Below, piece after piece: positions 51,029-62,493 of a stretch of 64,000 nucleotides of DNA (the first letter of the stretch is position 1; every line of letters begins with the position of its first letter). The notes under the pieces are model-generated. The model saw only the letters and a list, made by a program, of their open reading frames with translations. It did not search any database and was not told the origin of the DNA. Location of the stretch: assembly GCA_963664305.2 (NCBI GenBank), contig CAXXLV010000001.1, forward strand, positions 640,001-704,000, read 5' to 3'. The stretch is from an uncultured Aliarcobacter sp. (GTDB lineage: Bacteria > Campylobacterota > Campylobacteria > Campylobacterales > Arcobacteraceae). The position numbers and the translations under genes are program-made.

Positions 51029-54000
51029 ATGTCTTTAAAAGTAGTAATTTCTCATAAAACTCATTACAAATATGATAGAGCTATTTCATTGTCACCACAC
51101 ATTATAAGATTAAGACCTGCTCCTCATAGTAGAACCCCTATTGAAGCCTATTCATTAAAAATCAAACCTGATAATCATTTTATAAATTGGCAACAAGACC
51201 CTTTTGGAAACTATTTAGCAAGATTAGTTTTCCCAGAAAAAACCAAAGAATTTTGTGTTGATGTAGAAATAATTGCAGACATGATTACAATAAATCCTTT
51301 TGACTTTTTCGTAGAAGATAGTGCTAAAAACTACCCTTTTGAATATAAAAAAGATTTAAAACATGAATTAAAACCATATTTAAAAATAGAAGAAAAAGGC
51401 AAATTACTAAAAGAGTTTGTTAAAAAACTTGATAAAAAAGAAAAACCTATTATCGATTTTTTAGTTGAAGTTAATCAAAAAATCAATCAACACTTAAACT
51501 ATACAGTTAGACTTGAAGCTGGTGTGCAAACTTGTAAAACAACCTTAGAGAAAAAATTAGGAAGTTGTAGAGACTTTGCTTGGCTTTTTGTTCAAGTATT
51601 AAGACATTTAGGACTTGCTGCTCGTTTTGTTTCAGGATATTTAGTTCAATTAACAGCAGATGTTAAATCACTTGATGGACCAAGTGGTCCTGAAGCTGAC
51701 TTTACAGATTTACATGCTTGGACAGAAGTTTATGTTCCAGGTGCAGGATGGATTGGACTTGATAGTACAAGTGGACTTTTTGCAGGAGAAGGACACATAC
51801 CACTTGCTTGTACACCTCACTACAACAGTGCTCATGCAATTGAAGGATTTAGTGATAAATGTGAAACAGAATTTTTCTTTGAAAACACAGTAACAAGAAT
51901 TTTCGAATCACCAAGGGTTACAAAACCATATAAAGAAGAGCAATGGGATGAGATATATAAACTTGGATTTAAAGTTGATGAAGATTTAGTAAAAAATGAT
52001 GTTCGTTTAACTATGGGAGGAGAACCAACTTTCGTATCTATTGATGATATGGAATCTGCTCAATGGAATAGTGAAGCAGATGGACCTCATAAAAGAGAAT
52101 TAGCAAATAATCTATCAAGAAGATTACTTGAAACAAATACAAATGGTGGATTATTACATCATGCTCAAGGGAAATGGTATCCAGGAGAACCCCTACCACG
52201 TTGGCAAACAACTATCTTTTGGAGAAAAGACGGTAAACCTATTTGGAAAAATCCAGATTTATTAGCTGATATGAATAAAAGTTATGCTTACACAACGGCT
52301 GATGCAAAAGAGTTTATTTCAACACTTTCTTTAATTTTAGGTATAAGTGATGAAAATGTAATTCCAGCTTTTGAAGACCCTATTTATTATATTATGAAAG
52401 AAGCAGAACTTCCAATTGATATTGACCCTTTAAAATATGATTTAAAAGACCCACTTGAAAGAAAAACTATTGCTCAAAAATTAACTTATGGATTAAACAA
52501 TGAAGTAGGATACGTACTTCCAGTTAGTTTTGGATTTACAAAATGGATTACTTCAAAATGGGAATTTAGACGTGGACATCTATTTTTAGGAGCAGGAAAC
52601 TCTCCTATTGGACTTAGACTTCCACTTGAATCACTTATTGTTAAACCTCAAGTTGAATTAGAACAAGATTTTGAACCTGATTTATTTGCTTCTTATCCTG
52701 CACTTGGAGATTATATTAGTGCTGTTGAAAAACGTGCTAAGAAAATGAGCAAAAAAACTACTCTTAAAAATAAATATACAGCTTTTGTAAGAACAGCATT
52801 AAGTATTGAAGTAAGAGATAATAAACTTTGTATTTTCCTTCCACCTATTGAAAAAACTGAAGTTTTCTTAGATTTAATTGCTTCAATTGAAGAAACAGCA
52901 AGTAGACTTAATATGGCTGTTATAATTGAAGGATACGAACCACCTCATGATTTAAGAACAGATAGAATCAAAGTTACTCCAGACCCAGGTGTTATTGAAG
53001 TAAATATTCAACCAACAAGTTCATGGAAAGAGTTAAGTGATAATATTTTAAGTCTTTATGAAGATGCTAGATTATGTAGACTTGGAACTGAAAAGTTTAT
53101 GATAGATGGAAGACATACAGGAACAGGAGGTGGAAATCACGTGACAATTGGAGCTATGGAACCAAGTGATTCACCATTACTTAGAAATCCAAATTTACTT
53201 AGAAGTTTAATCACTTTCTGGCAACATCATCCAGGATTATCATACCTATTTAGTGGGGCGTTCATAGGACCAACTTCTCAAGCTCCAAGAGTTGATGAAG
53301 GAAGAATTGAAAATCTATATGAATTAGAAATTGCCTTTTCTCAAATACCTGAAAATGGAGATGTTCCTTATTGGTTAACTGATAGATTATTTAGACATAT
53401 GTTAACAGATATTACAGGAAATACACATAGAAGTGAGTTTTGTATAGATAAACTTTATTCACCTGATAGTGCAAGTGGAAGACTTGGTATTTTAGAATTA
53501 CGTGCTTTTGATATGCCACCACACTCACAAATGGCACTTTTACAAATGTTATTAGTTCGAGCTTTGGTATCTTGTTTTTGGAAAAGACCATATAAACACA
53601 ATCTTATTCGTTGGGGAACAAGACTTCATGATAAATTCTTACTTGAACACTATGTAAAAGAAGATTTAAGAAGTGTAGTTGAATATCTAAATGATGAAGG
53701 ATATGAGTTTAAACTTGATTGGTTTGACCCATTCTTTGAATTTAGATTCCCATTATATGGAATGACAACTATTGGTGGAATGCATGTTGAAATTAGAGCT
53801 GCTATTGAGCCTTGGCATGTTTTAGGAGAAGAATCTGGAAGTCAAGGAACAGCAAGATACGTTGATTCTTCACTTGAAAGATTACAAATCAAAATCCAAG
53901 ATTTTAATGAAGAGAGATATGTAATTACTTGTAATGGAGTTCAAGTTCCTCTTACAAAAACAAATGTTGAAGGTGAATATGTAAGTGGTATTAGATATAA

Positions 54001-54394
54001 AGCTTGGCAACCTTGGTCAGCACTACATCCAACTATTAAAGTTGATACACCTTTAACTTTTGATATAATAGATAAATGGAATACAAGATCTGTTGGCGGA
54101 TTTAACTATTTTGTTTCTCATCCTGGTGGAAGAAGTTATGATTCTTTCCCTGTAAATTCTTATGAAGCTGAATCAAGAAGAATAAACAGATATTGGGATT
54201 TTAACCATTCTCAAGGGGAAGTAACTCCTATGGAAGCAAAAATCACAGGTGAAACAAACTCTGTTTTTGCAGTTGAAGCATCAAGAGTTATGACAAGTAG
54301 AACAGGAAGTAAAAAATTATACTTCCATGAAATGCCAAAAAATAAAGAGTATCCTCATACATTAGATTTAAGACAAAGGTGGATGAAAAATTAG
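51029..54394 (+). CDS. Transglutaminase domain plus DUF2126 (putative COOH-NH2 amidoligase) fusion
   Basis: TGase triad GSCRD / LHAW / GLD; LTMGGEPTFVS, TPDPGVIEVN, GTGGGNH, GNTHRSEFCIDK, LELRAF. Confidence 0.9.
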   Translation: MSLKVVISHKTHYKYDRAISLSPHIIRLRPAPHSRTPIEAYSLKIKPDNHFINWQQDPFGNYLARLVFPEKTKEFCVDVEIIADMITINPFDFFVEDSAKNYPFEYKKDLKHELKPYLKIEEKGKLLKEFVKKLDKKEKPIIDFLVEVNQKINQHLNYTVRLEAGVQTCKTTLEKKLGSCRDFAWLFVQVLRHLGLAARFVSGYLVQLTADVKSLDGPSGPEADFTDLHAWTEVYVPGAGWIGLDSTSGLFAGEGHIPLACTPHYNSAHAIEGFSDKCETEFFFENTVTRIFESPRVTKPYKEEQWDEIYKLGFKVDEDLVKNDVRLTMGGEPTFVSIDDMESAQWNSEADGPHKRELANNLSRRLLETNTNGGLLHHAQGKWYPGEPLPRWQTTIFWRKDGKPIWKNPDLLADMNKSYAYTTADAKEFISTLSLILGISDENVIPAFEDPIYYIMKEAELPIDIDPLKYDLKDPLERKTIAQKLTYGLNNEVGYVLPVSFGFTKWITSKWEFRRGHLFLGAGNSPIGLRLPLESLIVKPQVELEQDFEPDLFASYPALGDYISAVEKRAKKMSKKTTLKNKYTAFVRTALSIEVRDNKLCIFLPPIEKTEVFLDLIASIEETASRLNMAVIIEGYEPPHDLRTDRIKVTPDPGVIEVNIQPTSSWKELSDNILSLYEDARLCRLGTEKFMIDGRHTGTGGGNHVTIGAMEPSDSPLLRNPNLLRSLITFWQHHPGLSYLFSGAFIGPTSQAPRVDEGRIENLYELEIAFSQIPENGDVPYWLTDRLFRHMLTDITGNTHRSEFCIDKLYSPDSASGRLGILELRAFDMPPHSQMALLQMLLVRALVSCFWKRPYKHNLIRWGTRLHDKFLLEHYVKEDLRSVVEYLNDEGYEFKLDWFDPFFEFRFPLYGMTTIGGMHVEIRAAIEPWHVLGEESGSQGTARYVDSSLERLQIKIQDFNEERYVITCNGVQVPLTKTNVEGEYVSGIRYKAWQPWSALHPTIKVDTPLTFDIIDKWNTRSVGGFNYFVSHPGGRSYDSFPVNSYEAESRRINRYWDFNHSQGEVTPMEAKITGETNSVFAVEASRVMTSRTGSKKLYFHEMPKNKEYPHTLDLRQRWMKN

Positions 54395-56884
54395 ATGTCA
54401 ATTTTTGATAGTTGTAGGTTAGAATCATCATTTGATGAAATGTTTGATAACGAATGTAATATTAGACCTCACTGGAAAGATATTATAGCTGGACTTGAAA
54501 ATGCGGGAATCAAACAATTAGAACAAAAGCAACTAGAAATTGATTGGCGACTTGAAGATAATGGTGTTACATACAATATCTACAATGACCCTGAAGGAAA
54601 CAATAGAAGATGGAATCTTGACCCTATTCCTTTAGTTATAACTTCACAAGAATGGGAAGAAGTTTCTAAAGGTTTAAAACAAAGAGCCAAACTTCTAAAT
54701 CTAATTTTTAAAGATTTATATACTGAGCAAAAACTTATAAAAGAAGGAATTATTCCTGCTGAAATAGTTTTTGGTCATAAAAGTTTTATTCCAGAAGTTT
54801 TTAACTTTAAAAATAAAGATTATTACTCTCTAAGATTTTATGCAAGTGATATAAGTAGAGGTCCAGATGGTAAATTTTGGGTTATAAATGATAGAACTCA
54901 ATCTCCATCAGGTCTTGGATATGCAATAGAAAATCGTCTTACAATGAACTCTATTTCAAATGATTTATATCCAAATGTTGAGATAAAGAAAATGGCTAAA
55001 TTTATAGAAGGTTATAAAAATATGCTCAAATCTTTATCACCTTCAAATCAAGAAAATCCTTTAATCGCATTTTTAACTCCAGGTCCTTTAAATGAGACCT
55101 ATTTTGAACACTCTTATCTTAGTTCTTATTTAGATTTAACATTAGTTCAAGGTGAAGATTTACTTGTAAAAAATAATCACCTTTGGCTAAAAAGTTTAAA
55201 AGGCTTAAGACGTGTTGACACTTTAATAAGAAGAGTTGATGCACAATATTGTGACCCTCTTGAACTAAAAAATGATTCTCATTTAGGTGTTGCAGGTCTT
55301 GTAAATGTTGTTAGAGAAGATAACTTATCTATGATTAATCCAATTGGAGTTGGAATACTTGAGAATATTGGATTAAATCCTTTTATGAAAAATATTGCAA
55401 AATTTTTATTAGATGAAGAATTAATTCTTCCTCAAATAGCTACTTGGTGGTGTGGACAAAAAAAAGAACTGGATTTTGTATTAGAAAATCTAAAAAATTT
55501 AATTGTAAAAAAGATTGATAGAACTGACAATATTGAAGTCTATTTTGCAAATAAATTTGATGAACAACAATTATTAGAGTTAAGTGAAAAAATCAAAAAA
55601 AATCCACACTATTATGTTGGTCAAGAGATAATTGATTTTTCAACAACACCTTCATATTCAAAAGGAAAAATCGAACCAAGAAATACTGTAATTAGAGCTT
55701 TTTCATATTTAGATGAAGATGACTATCAAGTTTTACAAGGTGGATTAATCCGTGTTTCACCATCAAAAGATTCATTAGTTGTTTCAAATCAAAAAGGTGG
55801 AGCTAGTAAAGATTTATGGATTTTAGGAAAAGATGAAGAGTTTATTGGAAACAATATCTTTAAAAATAGAGCTTTTTTTGATTCTAGACTTGAAAACATC
55901 TCTACAAAAAGAGCTGAAAATCTATTTTGGATGGGAAGATATTTAAGTAGAGCCATTACAACAGCAAGAATGATTCGTTTTAATCTAAAATCTATGTTAA
56001 ATATCAACAGATATGATGATAATACTAACTCTAAACAAACAACAAGAATATTAAATACAGCATTGACTCACCTAACGATGTGTTATCCTGGCTTTTTAGA
56101 TGAGAAGTTAAAACAACCTCTTGCTGAAATTATTTCACTTATAAAAGATAAAAATAGAGTAGGAAGTCTATCTTTTTCACTTAGCCTTCTTTCAAATCTA
56201 AATGCAAGTGTAAAAAATCTTCTTACAATGGAAGCATGGAGAATTTATGAAAAAATGCAAAAAGAGTGGAATAACTATAATAAAAGAGAAGTTTTATCAT
56301 ATAAAGACCATATAAATGAATTAGATAGACTTCTTATTTATCTAATGGCTTATAAAGAGTTGATTGACGAAAGTATTTTTAAAGAACAAGGTTTAATTCT
56401 TTATGATATAGGATGTAAACTAGAGATTTCACAACTTTTAATATCTAAATTAAGGTCTTTACTTACTTTAAAACTTGATAAGCTTTTGGAATATGATGTT
56501 TTAGATTCTATGCTTAACTCTTATGAAAGTTATAACTCATATAGAGCCTATTATAAATCATCTTTAGATTTGAAAAATGTATTAGATTTTTTACTTTTTA
56601 ATACAAAATACCCAAAATCATTGATTTATATAATCACTCAATTATTAGAAGATTTAAAAGAATTACCAAAAAATGGTCATGCTTCTAGATTAAGTAATTT
56701 TGAAGAACCAGTATTTAAAGCATTTTCTATGATAACACTTACTAATTCAGATAAACTTTTAGAGATAGAAGAAGATGAATTTATATATAAAGAATTAGAA
56801 AATTTTCTTTCTATACTTTCTGATTTATTAAGTAAAACATCTGAAGAATTAACAAAAACATATTTTTCACATAACAACGAGTAA
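54395..56884 (+). CDS. Circularly permuted type-2 ATP-grasp fused to alpha-E (DUF403)
   Basis: FDEM, LDPIP, DRTQSPSG, YFEHSYL, GGASKDLW; C-terminal AENLFWMGRY…YPKSL. Confidence 0.9.
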   Translation: MSIFDSCRLESSFDEMFDNECNIRPHWKDIIAGLENAGIKQLEQKQLEIDWRLEDNGVTYNIYNDPEGNNRRWNLDPIPLVITSQEWEEVSKGLKQRAKLLNLIFKDLYTEQKLIKEGIIPAEIVFGHKSFIPEVFNFKNKDYYSLRFYASDISRGPDGKFWVINDRTQSPSGLGYAIENRLTMNSISNDLYPNVEIKKMAKFIEGYKNMLKSLSPSNQENPLIAFLTPGPLNETYFEHSYLSSYLDLTLVQGEDLLVKNNHLWLKSLKGLRRVDTLIRRVDAQYCDPLELKNDSHLGVAGLVNVVREDNLSMINPIGVGILENIGLNPFMKNIAKFLLDEELILPQIATWWCGQKKELDFVLENLKNLIVKKIDRTDNIEVYFANKFDEQQLLELSEKIKKNPHYYVGQEIIDFSTTPSYSKGKIEPRNTVIRAFSYLDEDDYQVLQGGLIRVSPSKDSLVVSNQKGGASKDLWILGKDEEFIGNNIFKNRAFFDSRLENISTKRAENLFWMGRYLSRAITTARMIRFNLKSMLNINRYDDNTNSKQTTRILNTALTHLTMCYPGFLDEKLKQPLAEIISLIKDKNRVGSLSFSLSLLSNLNASVKNLLTMEAWRIYEKMQKEWNNYNKREVLSYKDHINELDRLLIYLMAYKELIDESIFKEQGLILYDIGCKLEISQLLISKLRSLLTLKLDKLLEYDVLDSMLNSYESYNSYRAYYKSSLDLKNVLDFLLFNTKYPKSLIYIITQLLEDLKELPKNGHASRLSNFEEPVFKAFSMITLTNSDKLLEIEEDEFIYKELENFLSILSDLLSKTSEELTKTYFSHNNE

Positions 56885-56886
56885 TT

Positions 56887-57780
56887 ATGATTTATGAAAT
56901 TTATCACGAAACAAAATTTGATTATGCATCACTTGTAACATTTAGCCATAATATTGCTAGATTAAAACCAAAAAATTTACCAACTCAAAAACTACTAGAG
57001 TATTCATTGGAAATTGACCCTACTCCATATGAAACTTCGGAATTTATTGATTATTTTGAAAATACAAACAATTTTATGTTAGTTCGAGAAGCTCATAAAA
57101 CTTTAAAAGTAATTGCAAAATCGAAAGTTGAAAGAATTGAAAGCGAAATAAATAAAGAAATTGAAGCTTTAAAAGATATCAATATTACAGTTAAAGAAAC
57201 TAGAGAAAGATTAAACAAATACTACAAAGACGATGTTCTTGCTAAACTTTTTTTATTTGAAACTGAATCTATTCCTACTCCATCTGCTCAGATTAAAGAG
57301 TATATATTAGAATCTTTTACTGATGAAAAAAAACTATTTGATGCTACTTATGAATTTATGGGAAGAATTTTTAATGATTTTGATTTCGTATCAGGTTTTA
57401 CAGATATTACAACTCCTATTGAAGTAGTGTTTAAAGAGAAAAAAGGTGTATGTCAAGATTTTGCTCAATTTGCAATTTCTGCTTTAAGAAGTATTGGAAT
57501 TCCTACTCGATATGTAAGTGGGTATATTCAAACTATTCAAGAAGAAGGAAAAGAAAAACTTTTTGGAGCTGATGCATCACATGCTTGGTTTTCTATTTAT
57601 ATTCCAACTTTTGGTTGGGCAGATTTTGATCCAACAAACAATAAAATTCCAAATGAAGAATATGTAATTTTAGGATATGGACGAGATTATTTAGATATTT
57701 CACCTCTAAAAGGTGTTGTTCAAAGTAGTGGAGGAAGTACTTTAAAAGTTAAAGTAAATGTTGAAGCTATAAAAGAGTAG
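56887..57780 (+). CDS. Transglutaminase-like protein
   Basis: GVCQDFA, RYVSGY, SHAW, FDPTN, GRDY.D.SPLKG. Confidence 0.92.
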   Translation: MIYEIYHETKFDYASLVTFSHNIARLKPKNLPTQKLLEYSLEIDPTPYETSEFIDYFENTNNFMLVREAHKTLKVIAKSKVERIESEINKEIEALKDINITVKETRERLNKYYKDDVLAKLFLFETESIPTPSAQIKEYILESFTDEKKLFDATYEFMGRIFNDFDFVSGFTDITTPIEVVFKEKKGVCQDFAQFAISALRSIGIPTRYVSGYIQTIQEEGKEKLFGADASHAWFSIYIPTFGWADFDPTNNKIPNEEYVILGYGRDYLDISPLKGVVQSSGGSTLKVKVNVEAIKE

Positions 57781-57788
57781 AGGAAAGC

Positions 57789-59768
57789 CTAGAAGCTTTC
57801 CCACTCATCATCATTTGATTTTGCTGATACAACTTTTGTATCTTTTTTTGCTGATACTGTTTGTGTATTATGTTTTGGTGCTGTCTTTTTAGCTGGTGTT
57901 ATATGAATCTCTTTTTGTGTACTTCTTAAATTCATATCTTTAGCTTTTACTTCATTTTTTCCATTAAACTCTTTTTCATCTGCATGTGTTACAACTAATT
58001 TTGCTATTTGGTCTGTTATTACTGCTACATCATGTGTTTGACTTGCTACCATTGCATTTTGTTGTGTTTGTTGATCAAGTTGTGTTACTGCATCATTTAT
58101 TTGTTCTATTCCTAACAATTGTTCTTTTGATGCATTTTGAATATCTGAAATTAAATTTATTGTATGTTGGATATTTTCATTTAATTGTTTATATCCTTCT
58201 ATCATATTTCCTGCTATTTGTTTCCCATAATCTGCTTTACTTGTTGCATTTTCTACTATTGTTTTTATCTCTTTTGCTGCTTCTGCTGAACGAGAAGCTA
58301 AGTTTCTTACTTCTTGTGCTACAACGGCAAATCCTTTTCCTGCTTCTCCAGCAGTTGCTGCTTCTACTGCTGCGTTTAAAGAAAGAATATTTGTTTGGAA
58401 TGCTATTTGGTCAATTACAGTAATTGCTTCATTAATCAAGTTAACTTGATTATTGATTTCATCCATTGCATTAGTTGTTTGATTTGCTAATTTTTCACCT
58501 TGATTTGCCGAGTTTGTTACTTCTGTTGAAAGCTTAGCCATTTTTGCAATATTCTCTGTATTATTTCTTACATTTGATGTTATCTCTTCTATTGCTGCTG
58601 CTGTTTCTTCTAAACTTGCTGCTGCTTCATTTGAGCTTTGATTTAATTTATCTACATTTACTAGTAATATATCCGAGCTTGCATCTAACGTTAATCCATT
58701 TGTTTTATTATCTACTAGCATTTGTGTGATTGAATCTTGTAGAGTATTAATACCAACAACTAATCTTTCAAACACTCCACCTTTTTCATCATTTGGATGC
58801 ATTTTTAATGCTTTTCTATAATCAAGTTTTGAGTACTCTTCTAAGATTACATCTACTTCTTCAAATCTTTTTCTTGTACTTTCAATCATTTGATTTACAT
58901 TATTTTTAAACTCTTCTAATGATGTATTTGCTGTTGATTTTTCAATAAATTGTCCATACCATCCATTATTTACTCTACTCATTACTATTTTTGCATCATC
59001 AATTAATAGGTTATCTTGGTTGATTGTTTTTTCAATTTGTTTGATATTATCATTAACAAATTTTGCCATTTCACCAAACTCATCTTTTGCTGAATCATCT
59101 AATAAAGAGATTTGATTTGAGCTTCTATTTAAGTATGAGAAGAACGATATTAATCCTGATTTGAAGTTGTCTAAAGAGTTAGAAACAATTCTTGCAACAA
59201 TTAATGAAAAGAAAAGGAAAGCAATAACTGCAACAATAGCAACTATCATCAACATACTATTTAATGAAGAATGAGCTTCTTCTTTTAATTCTAAAGCACT
59301 TTTGTTGATATCTTTAATTTTAGACTCAAGAACTCCACCAACATTAACCATCTCTGCTAATGTAGCCTTTAATTCAGCTGTTTCTTCAACATCTTTACTA
59401 TAACCTTTTGCATAAATTTCAAAAGATTCAATATATTTTTTTGAAGATGCAAGTATCTCGTCACATAAAACTTTATTTTTTTCAACAGAAACTTCTTCTT
59501 TTAATGCTGATACATTTTTATCTAAAGTCTTGAAATTATCTCTAACTTTTTGAATAGTTTCAGAATTTGGATTTCTCAAAAATTGATAAACTGATATTCT
59601 TCCTTTTAAAAGATCTTGAACAAAACCTTCTGTTTCTAATGCAACGGCATTTCTTTTTTCCGCTAAACCACTATAATTTAAGTAGATTAATGCAGACAAA
59701 ACAACTATCACAATAAACATAAAAGGAAACAATAATAGTTTCATTTTTGTATTTAGGTTCTTTAACAT
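57789..59768 (-). CDS. Methyl-accepting chemotaxis protein
   Basis: Two TM segments, [36 protein letters not shown]-terminal pentapeptide EWESF. Confidence 0.95.
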   Translation of the reverse strand: MLKNLNTKMKLLLFPFMFIVIVVLSALIYLNYSGLAEKRNAVALETEGFVQDLLKGRISVYQFLRNPNSETIQKVRDNFKTLDKNVSALKEEVSVEKNKVLCDEILASSKKYIESFEIYAKGYSKDVEETAELKATLAEMVNVGGVLESKIKDINKSALELKEEAHSSLNSMLMIVAIVAVIAFLFFSLIVARIVSNSLDNFKSGLISFFSYLNRSSNQISLLDDSAKDEFGEMAKFVNDNIKQIEKTINQDNLLIDDAKIVMSRVNNGWYGQFIEKSTANTSLEEFKNNVNQMIESTRKRFEEVDVILEEYSKLDYRKALKMHPNDEKGGVFERLVVGINTLQDSITQMLVDNKTNGLTLDASSDILLVNVDKLNQSSNEAAASLEETAAAIEEITSNVRNNTENIAKMAKLSTEVTNSANQGEKLANQTTNAMDEINNQVNLINEAITVIDQIAFQTNILSLNAAVEAATAGEAGKGFAVVAQEVRNLASRSAEAAKEIKTIVENATSKADYGKQIAGNMIEGYKQLNENIQHTINLISDIQNASKEQLLGIEQINDAVTQLDQQTQQNAMVASQTHDVAVITDQIAKLVVTHADEKEFNGKNEVKAKDMNLRSTQKEIHITPAKKTAPKHNTQTVSAKKDTKVVSAKSNDDEWESF

Positions 59769-59951
59769 AAGTTTTCCTTATTTACAAATTATTATTAATT
59801 ATATACTTTTCTTAATGATAAGTAACATAATTTATACATAAGTTAAAAATCATAATCAATTTTATGTGTATATAATTTACAATTACTTATATAAATAATT
59901 TTTTTATGTGTCATAATAAGGATTAAATCATGGTAAAGAAAACTATTTTTA

Positions 59952-60884
59952 TTAACCAATTCTTGCTATTCTAAAAGCAACAGCATGTTCATAAATAAGT
60001 GAATTACTATAAAAACAAGTAATCATTCCATTACATGGTGCTAAAAATTGATGTATAACTTCACCTTCCAAAGAATGAACTATTTCACCAATTACTTGGT
60101 CTTTTGAAACATAATTACCTGCTAATTCTTTTGATATAAAGATACCACTATTTGGAGATTTTACAACATTGATTGTATTTCTATCCATTATTGTAGATTC
60201 ATAGCCATTGAAAATGTGATAATTTATAATTTTGCTTTTATCCATAAATCTGATAATTGCTTGATTTATTTGACTTGCTGTTTTTTTATCAACTTGATTA
60301 TCACTTGGGCACATTATAGAAAAAGCCTTTGTTCCCCAAAGTTGCCAGTTATACTGTAAAGTTACAGTATCAATTGATTTCATTGTTCTATGGTGAATTA
60401 ATTTAAAACCAAATCTTTTTGCTGCTAATAAATCTTCATATCCACTTTTATAAAGTTTTATATATGGTACACAAGTTGCAGGGTCTGGTCTTCTCTCAAG
60501 TATAATTCCATAGTCATATCCACTTATTGCATCAAAAACTTTTTTTGCAATTCTTTGTGTTGTTTCACCAAACTCATATCCTGGAAACATCATATTTATA
60601 TCTGTATTATCTAAAGGCCAGAATCGTTTTCCAATATTTAGAGCATAATGATTAATTGATGGAATAATTAATACATCACCTTTTATTTTTTCTTCTTCAA
60701 TTTTATTTTTAAAAAAATCAACTAAAGTAGAAGCACAATATAAAGGCAGTATAGAATCACCTTCCATTGCACCAACAATTGCAACTTTTGGAGCTTTTGG
60801 ATTTGAACCTTTAAATAAATAACCTTCAACAACCAAAGGTGCTCGACTTAATGATTCTATTCGTAAGATTTCAATTTTTTCCAC
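59952..60884 (-). CDS. M14/succinylglutamate desuccinylase-aspartoacylase family protein with a degenerate active site
   Basis: Same layout as the upstream paralogue (D.N..FPG, C-terminal barrel-sandwich) but MEGDS/ILERR replace HGDE/DIHS; GTG start at 60884 after GGAG. Confidence 0.8.
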   Translation of the reverse strand: MEKIEILRIESLSRAPLVVEGYLFKGSNPKAPKVAIVGAMEGDSILPLYCASTLVDFFKNKIEEEKIKGDVLIIPSINHYALNIGKRFWPLDNTDINMMFPGYEFGETTQRIAKKVFDAISGYDYGIILERRPDPATCVPYIKLYKSGYEDLLAAKRFGFKLIHHRTMKSIDTVTLQYNWQLWGTKAFSIMCPSDNQVDKKTASQINQAIIRFMDKSKIINYHIFNGYESTIMDRNTINVVKSPNSGIFISKELAGNYVSKDQVIGEIVHSLEGEVIHQFLAPCNGMITCFYSNSLIYEHAVAFRIARIG

Positions 60885-61827
60885 TTTTTTCTCCAAAAAT
60901 TCTAGCTATTAAAGACCCTTCATAAACAACTGGATATTCTCTTAATGTAAATAAAATCCCATCATTAGGAGCAATTAATGTAGATAAAATTGTTCCGCTT
61001 AAAGGGTCAACAATATCTCCTATTTTATTTCCTTCTTTTATAATTGCACAGTGATCAAGTGTTGGTACAAACAAACCACTTTTTGGTGCATTTAAATAGA
61101 ACACATCTCCTACTTCTGAGCTAAAAGGAACTCTAACATCAAAGTTTTCTTCACACTCGATAATTCCTTCTTTTTTCATAAGATTTAAAATACCAATAAG
61201 AAGTTGATTTCCATACTCTTTTGTAAGTCTCATTCCAACACCCATTTCAACAACAAGTGTTTTAGTTCCCATTGAATTTAAGGTATGAGAGAAAGTTGCT
61301 TCAAGAACTGTTACTGCATCATGAATCCAAATAAAATCACAATTTAGCTCTTTTGCTAAAGGAAGAGTATCTTTTGAGAACTCTTTATTTATTCTAATTT
61401 GTGGAATTTCTCTTAAGAAAATATTACTAGAGTGAATATCTATAGCAATATCACTTCCTTTTACATCATAAGCTAACGCATGAACAACTTGACCTGGAAG
61501 AAATTCATCTGCACTTCCAGGGAATGTTCTATTTAAATCAACATCATATAGAGGAAAACCTCTTGTAATTGTATCTACTCCTAAAGAATTAACAGCAGGA
61601 TATAAATCAACAATTCCTTTTAGTTTTTCACTATTCTTGTTTAACCAATCAGCCAAAAGATAAATAACCAATTGTCCTTCTAATTCATCACCATGAATAC
61701 CACTTACAATTGAAATTCTTTTAGCTTTTTTATTATTATCTATTGTTGCCGATTCAAATCTAGCTCGTTTTATAGCTAGTTTTTCACCAACAGGTAAATT
61801 TGATGTAAAGATTTCTTCTATTACCAT
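60871..61827 (-). CDS. M14/succinylglutamate desuccinylase-aspartoacylase family zinc hydrolase
   Basis: SGIHGDE, DLNRTFPG, IDIHS, VEMG. Confidence 0.9.
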   Translation of the reverse strand: MVIEEIFTSNLPVGEKLAIKRARFESATIDNNKKAKRISIVSGIHGDELEGQLVIYLLADWLNKNSEKLKGIVDLYPAVNSLGVDTITRGFPLYDVDLNRTFPGSADEFLPGQVVHALAYDVKGSDIAIDIHSSNIFLREIPQIRINKEFSKDTLPLAKELNCDFIWIHDAVTVLEATFSHTLNSMGTKTLVVEMGVGMRLTKEYGNQLLIGILNLMKKEGIIECEENFDVRVPFSSEVGDVFYLNAPKSGLFVPTLDHCAIIKEGNKIGDIVDPLSGTILSTLIAPNDGILFTLREYPVVYEGSLIARIFGEKSGKN

Positions 61828-62492
61828 TATTCCTCAACTATTATTTTCTTAATTTTATTGTTTACAGAATTCAAAATCGTTTCATATGATTCTTTTTCAT
61901 CATGAGGTTTGAATTTTGCATCGGGAGCTAATCTTATTACAATTTTATCTATTTCTTCCATAATAACTAGTGATAATTCTTTATCTTTTTCTATTCGTAA
62001 ATGAAAATCAACCTTTTCAACCAATTTTCCAAGTCTAATAAAATAATCACTATTATTTCTCTTTTGTCGTCTTGTTAATTCTCCCCAAATTTCGCTGATT
62101 AAAGACAGAACATAATCTATATATCTACAATCTATACTAAAACTTGAATGACTAGAATGTTTTAGTAAATCAGCAAGTTCTATTACAGAACCAAATGCTT
62201 CTGTATCCATATTAGACCGGCTTATAATTGCATTTTCTTTTGCAAAAGAGATTAAACTATGTACATTTGCACTATGATTTCCAAACACTGCTACATTTAA
62301 AAATTCTTTAGCATTTTCATATTCTAAATCAACACCTAATTTTTTATAAAATGTTTTACCAGAATCTTTATCAATATCAATTATTCTATCAAAATGATAA
62401 ACAGCTTCAATCAAAGTGGCTTCAATTCTTTCTAAATATCTTCCAAACCAATAAAGATTATTTGCTACATTTGCTGTTAATAATTGCTCCAT
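61827..62492 (-). CDS. Alpha-E (DUF403) domain protein, short form
   Basis: ANNLYWFGRYLERIE, AKENA, FIRLGKLVEKVD. Confidence 0.85.
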   Translation of the reverse strand: MEQLLTANVANNLYWFGRYLERIEATLIEAVYHFDRIIDIDKDSGKTFYKKLGVDLEYENAKEFLNVAVFGNHSANVHSLISFAKENAIISRSNMDTEAFGSVIELADLLKHSSHSSFSIDCRYIDYVLSLISEIWGELTRRQKRNNSDYFIRLGKLVEKVDFHLRIEKDKELSLVIMEEIDKIVIRLAPDAKFKPHDEKESYETILNSVNNKIKKIIVEE

Positions 62493-62493
62493 C

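Noticed and set aside
57986..58729. Leu-rich + strand ORFs opposite the MCP gene
   Set aside because: Antisense shadows of the repetitive MCP signalling-domain codons.
57789..59768. MCP as a component of the ATP-grasp system
   Set aside because: It has its own upstream gap of about 180 bp and is an ordinary MCP of a type abundant in these genomes; position is the only link.
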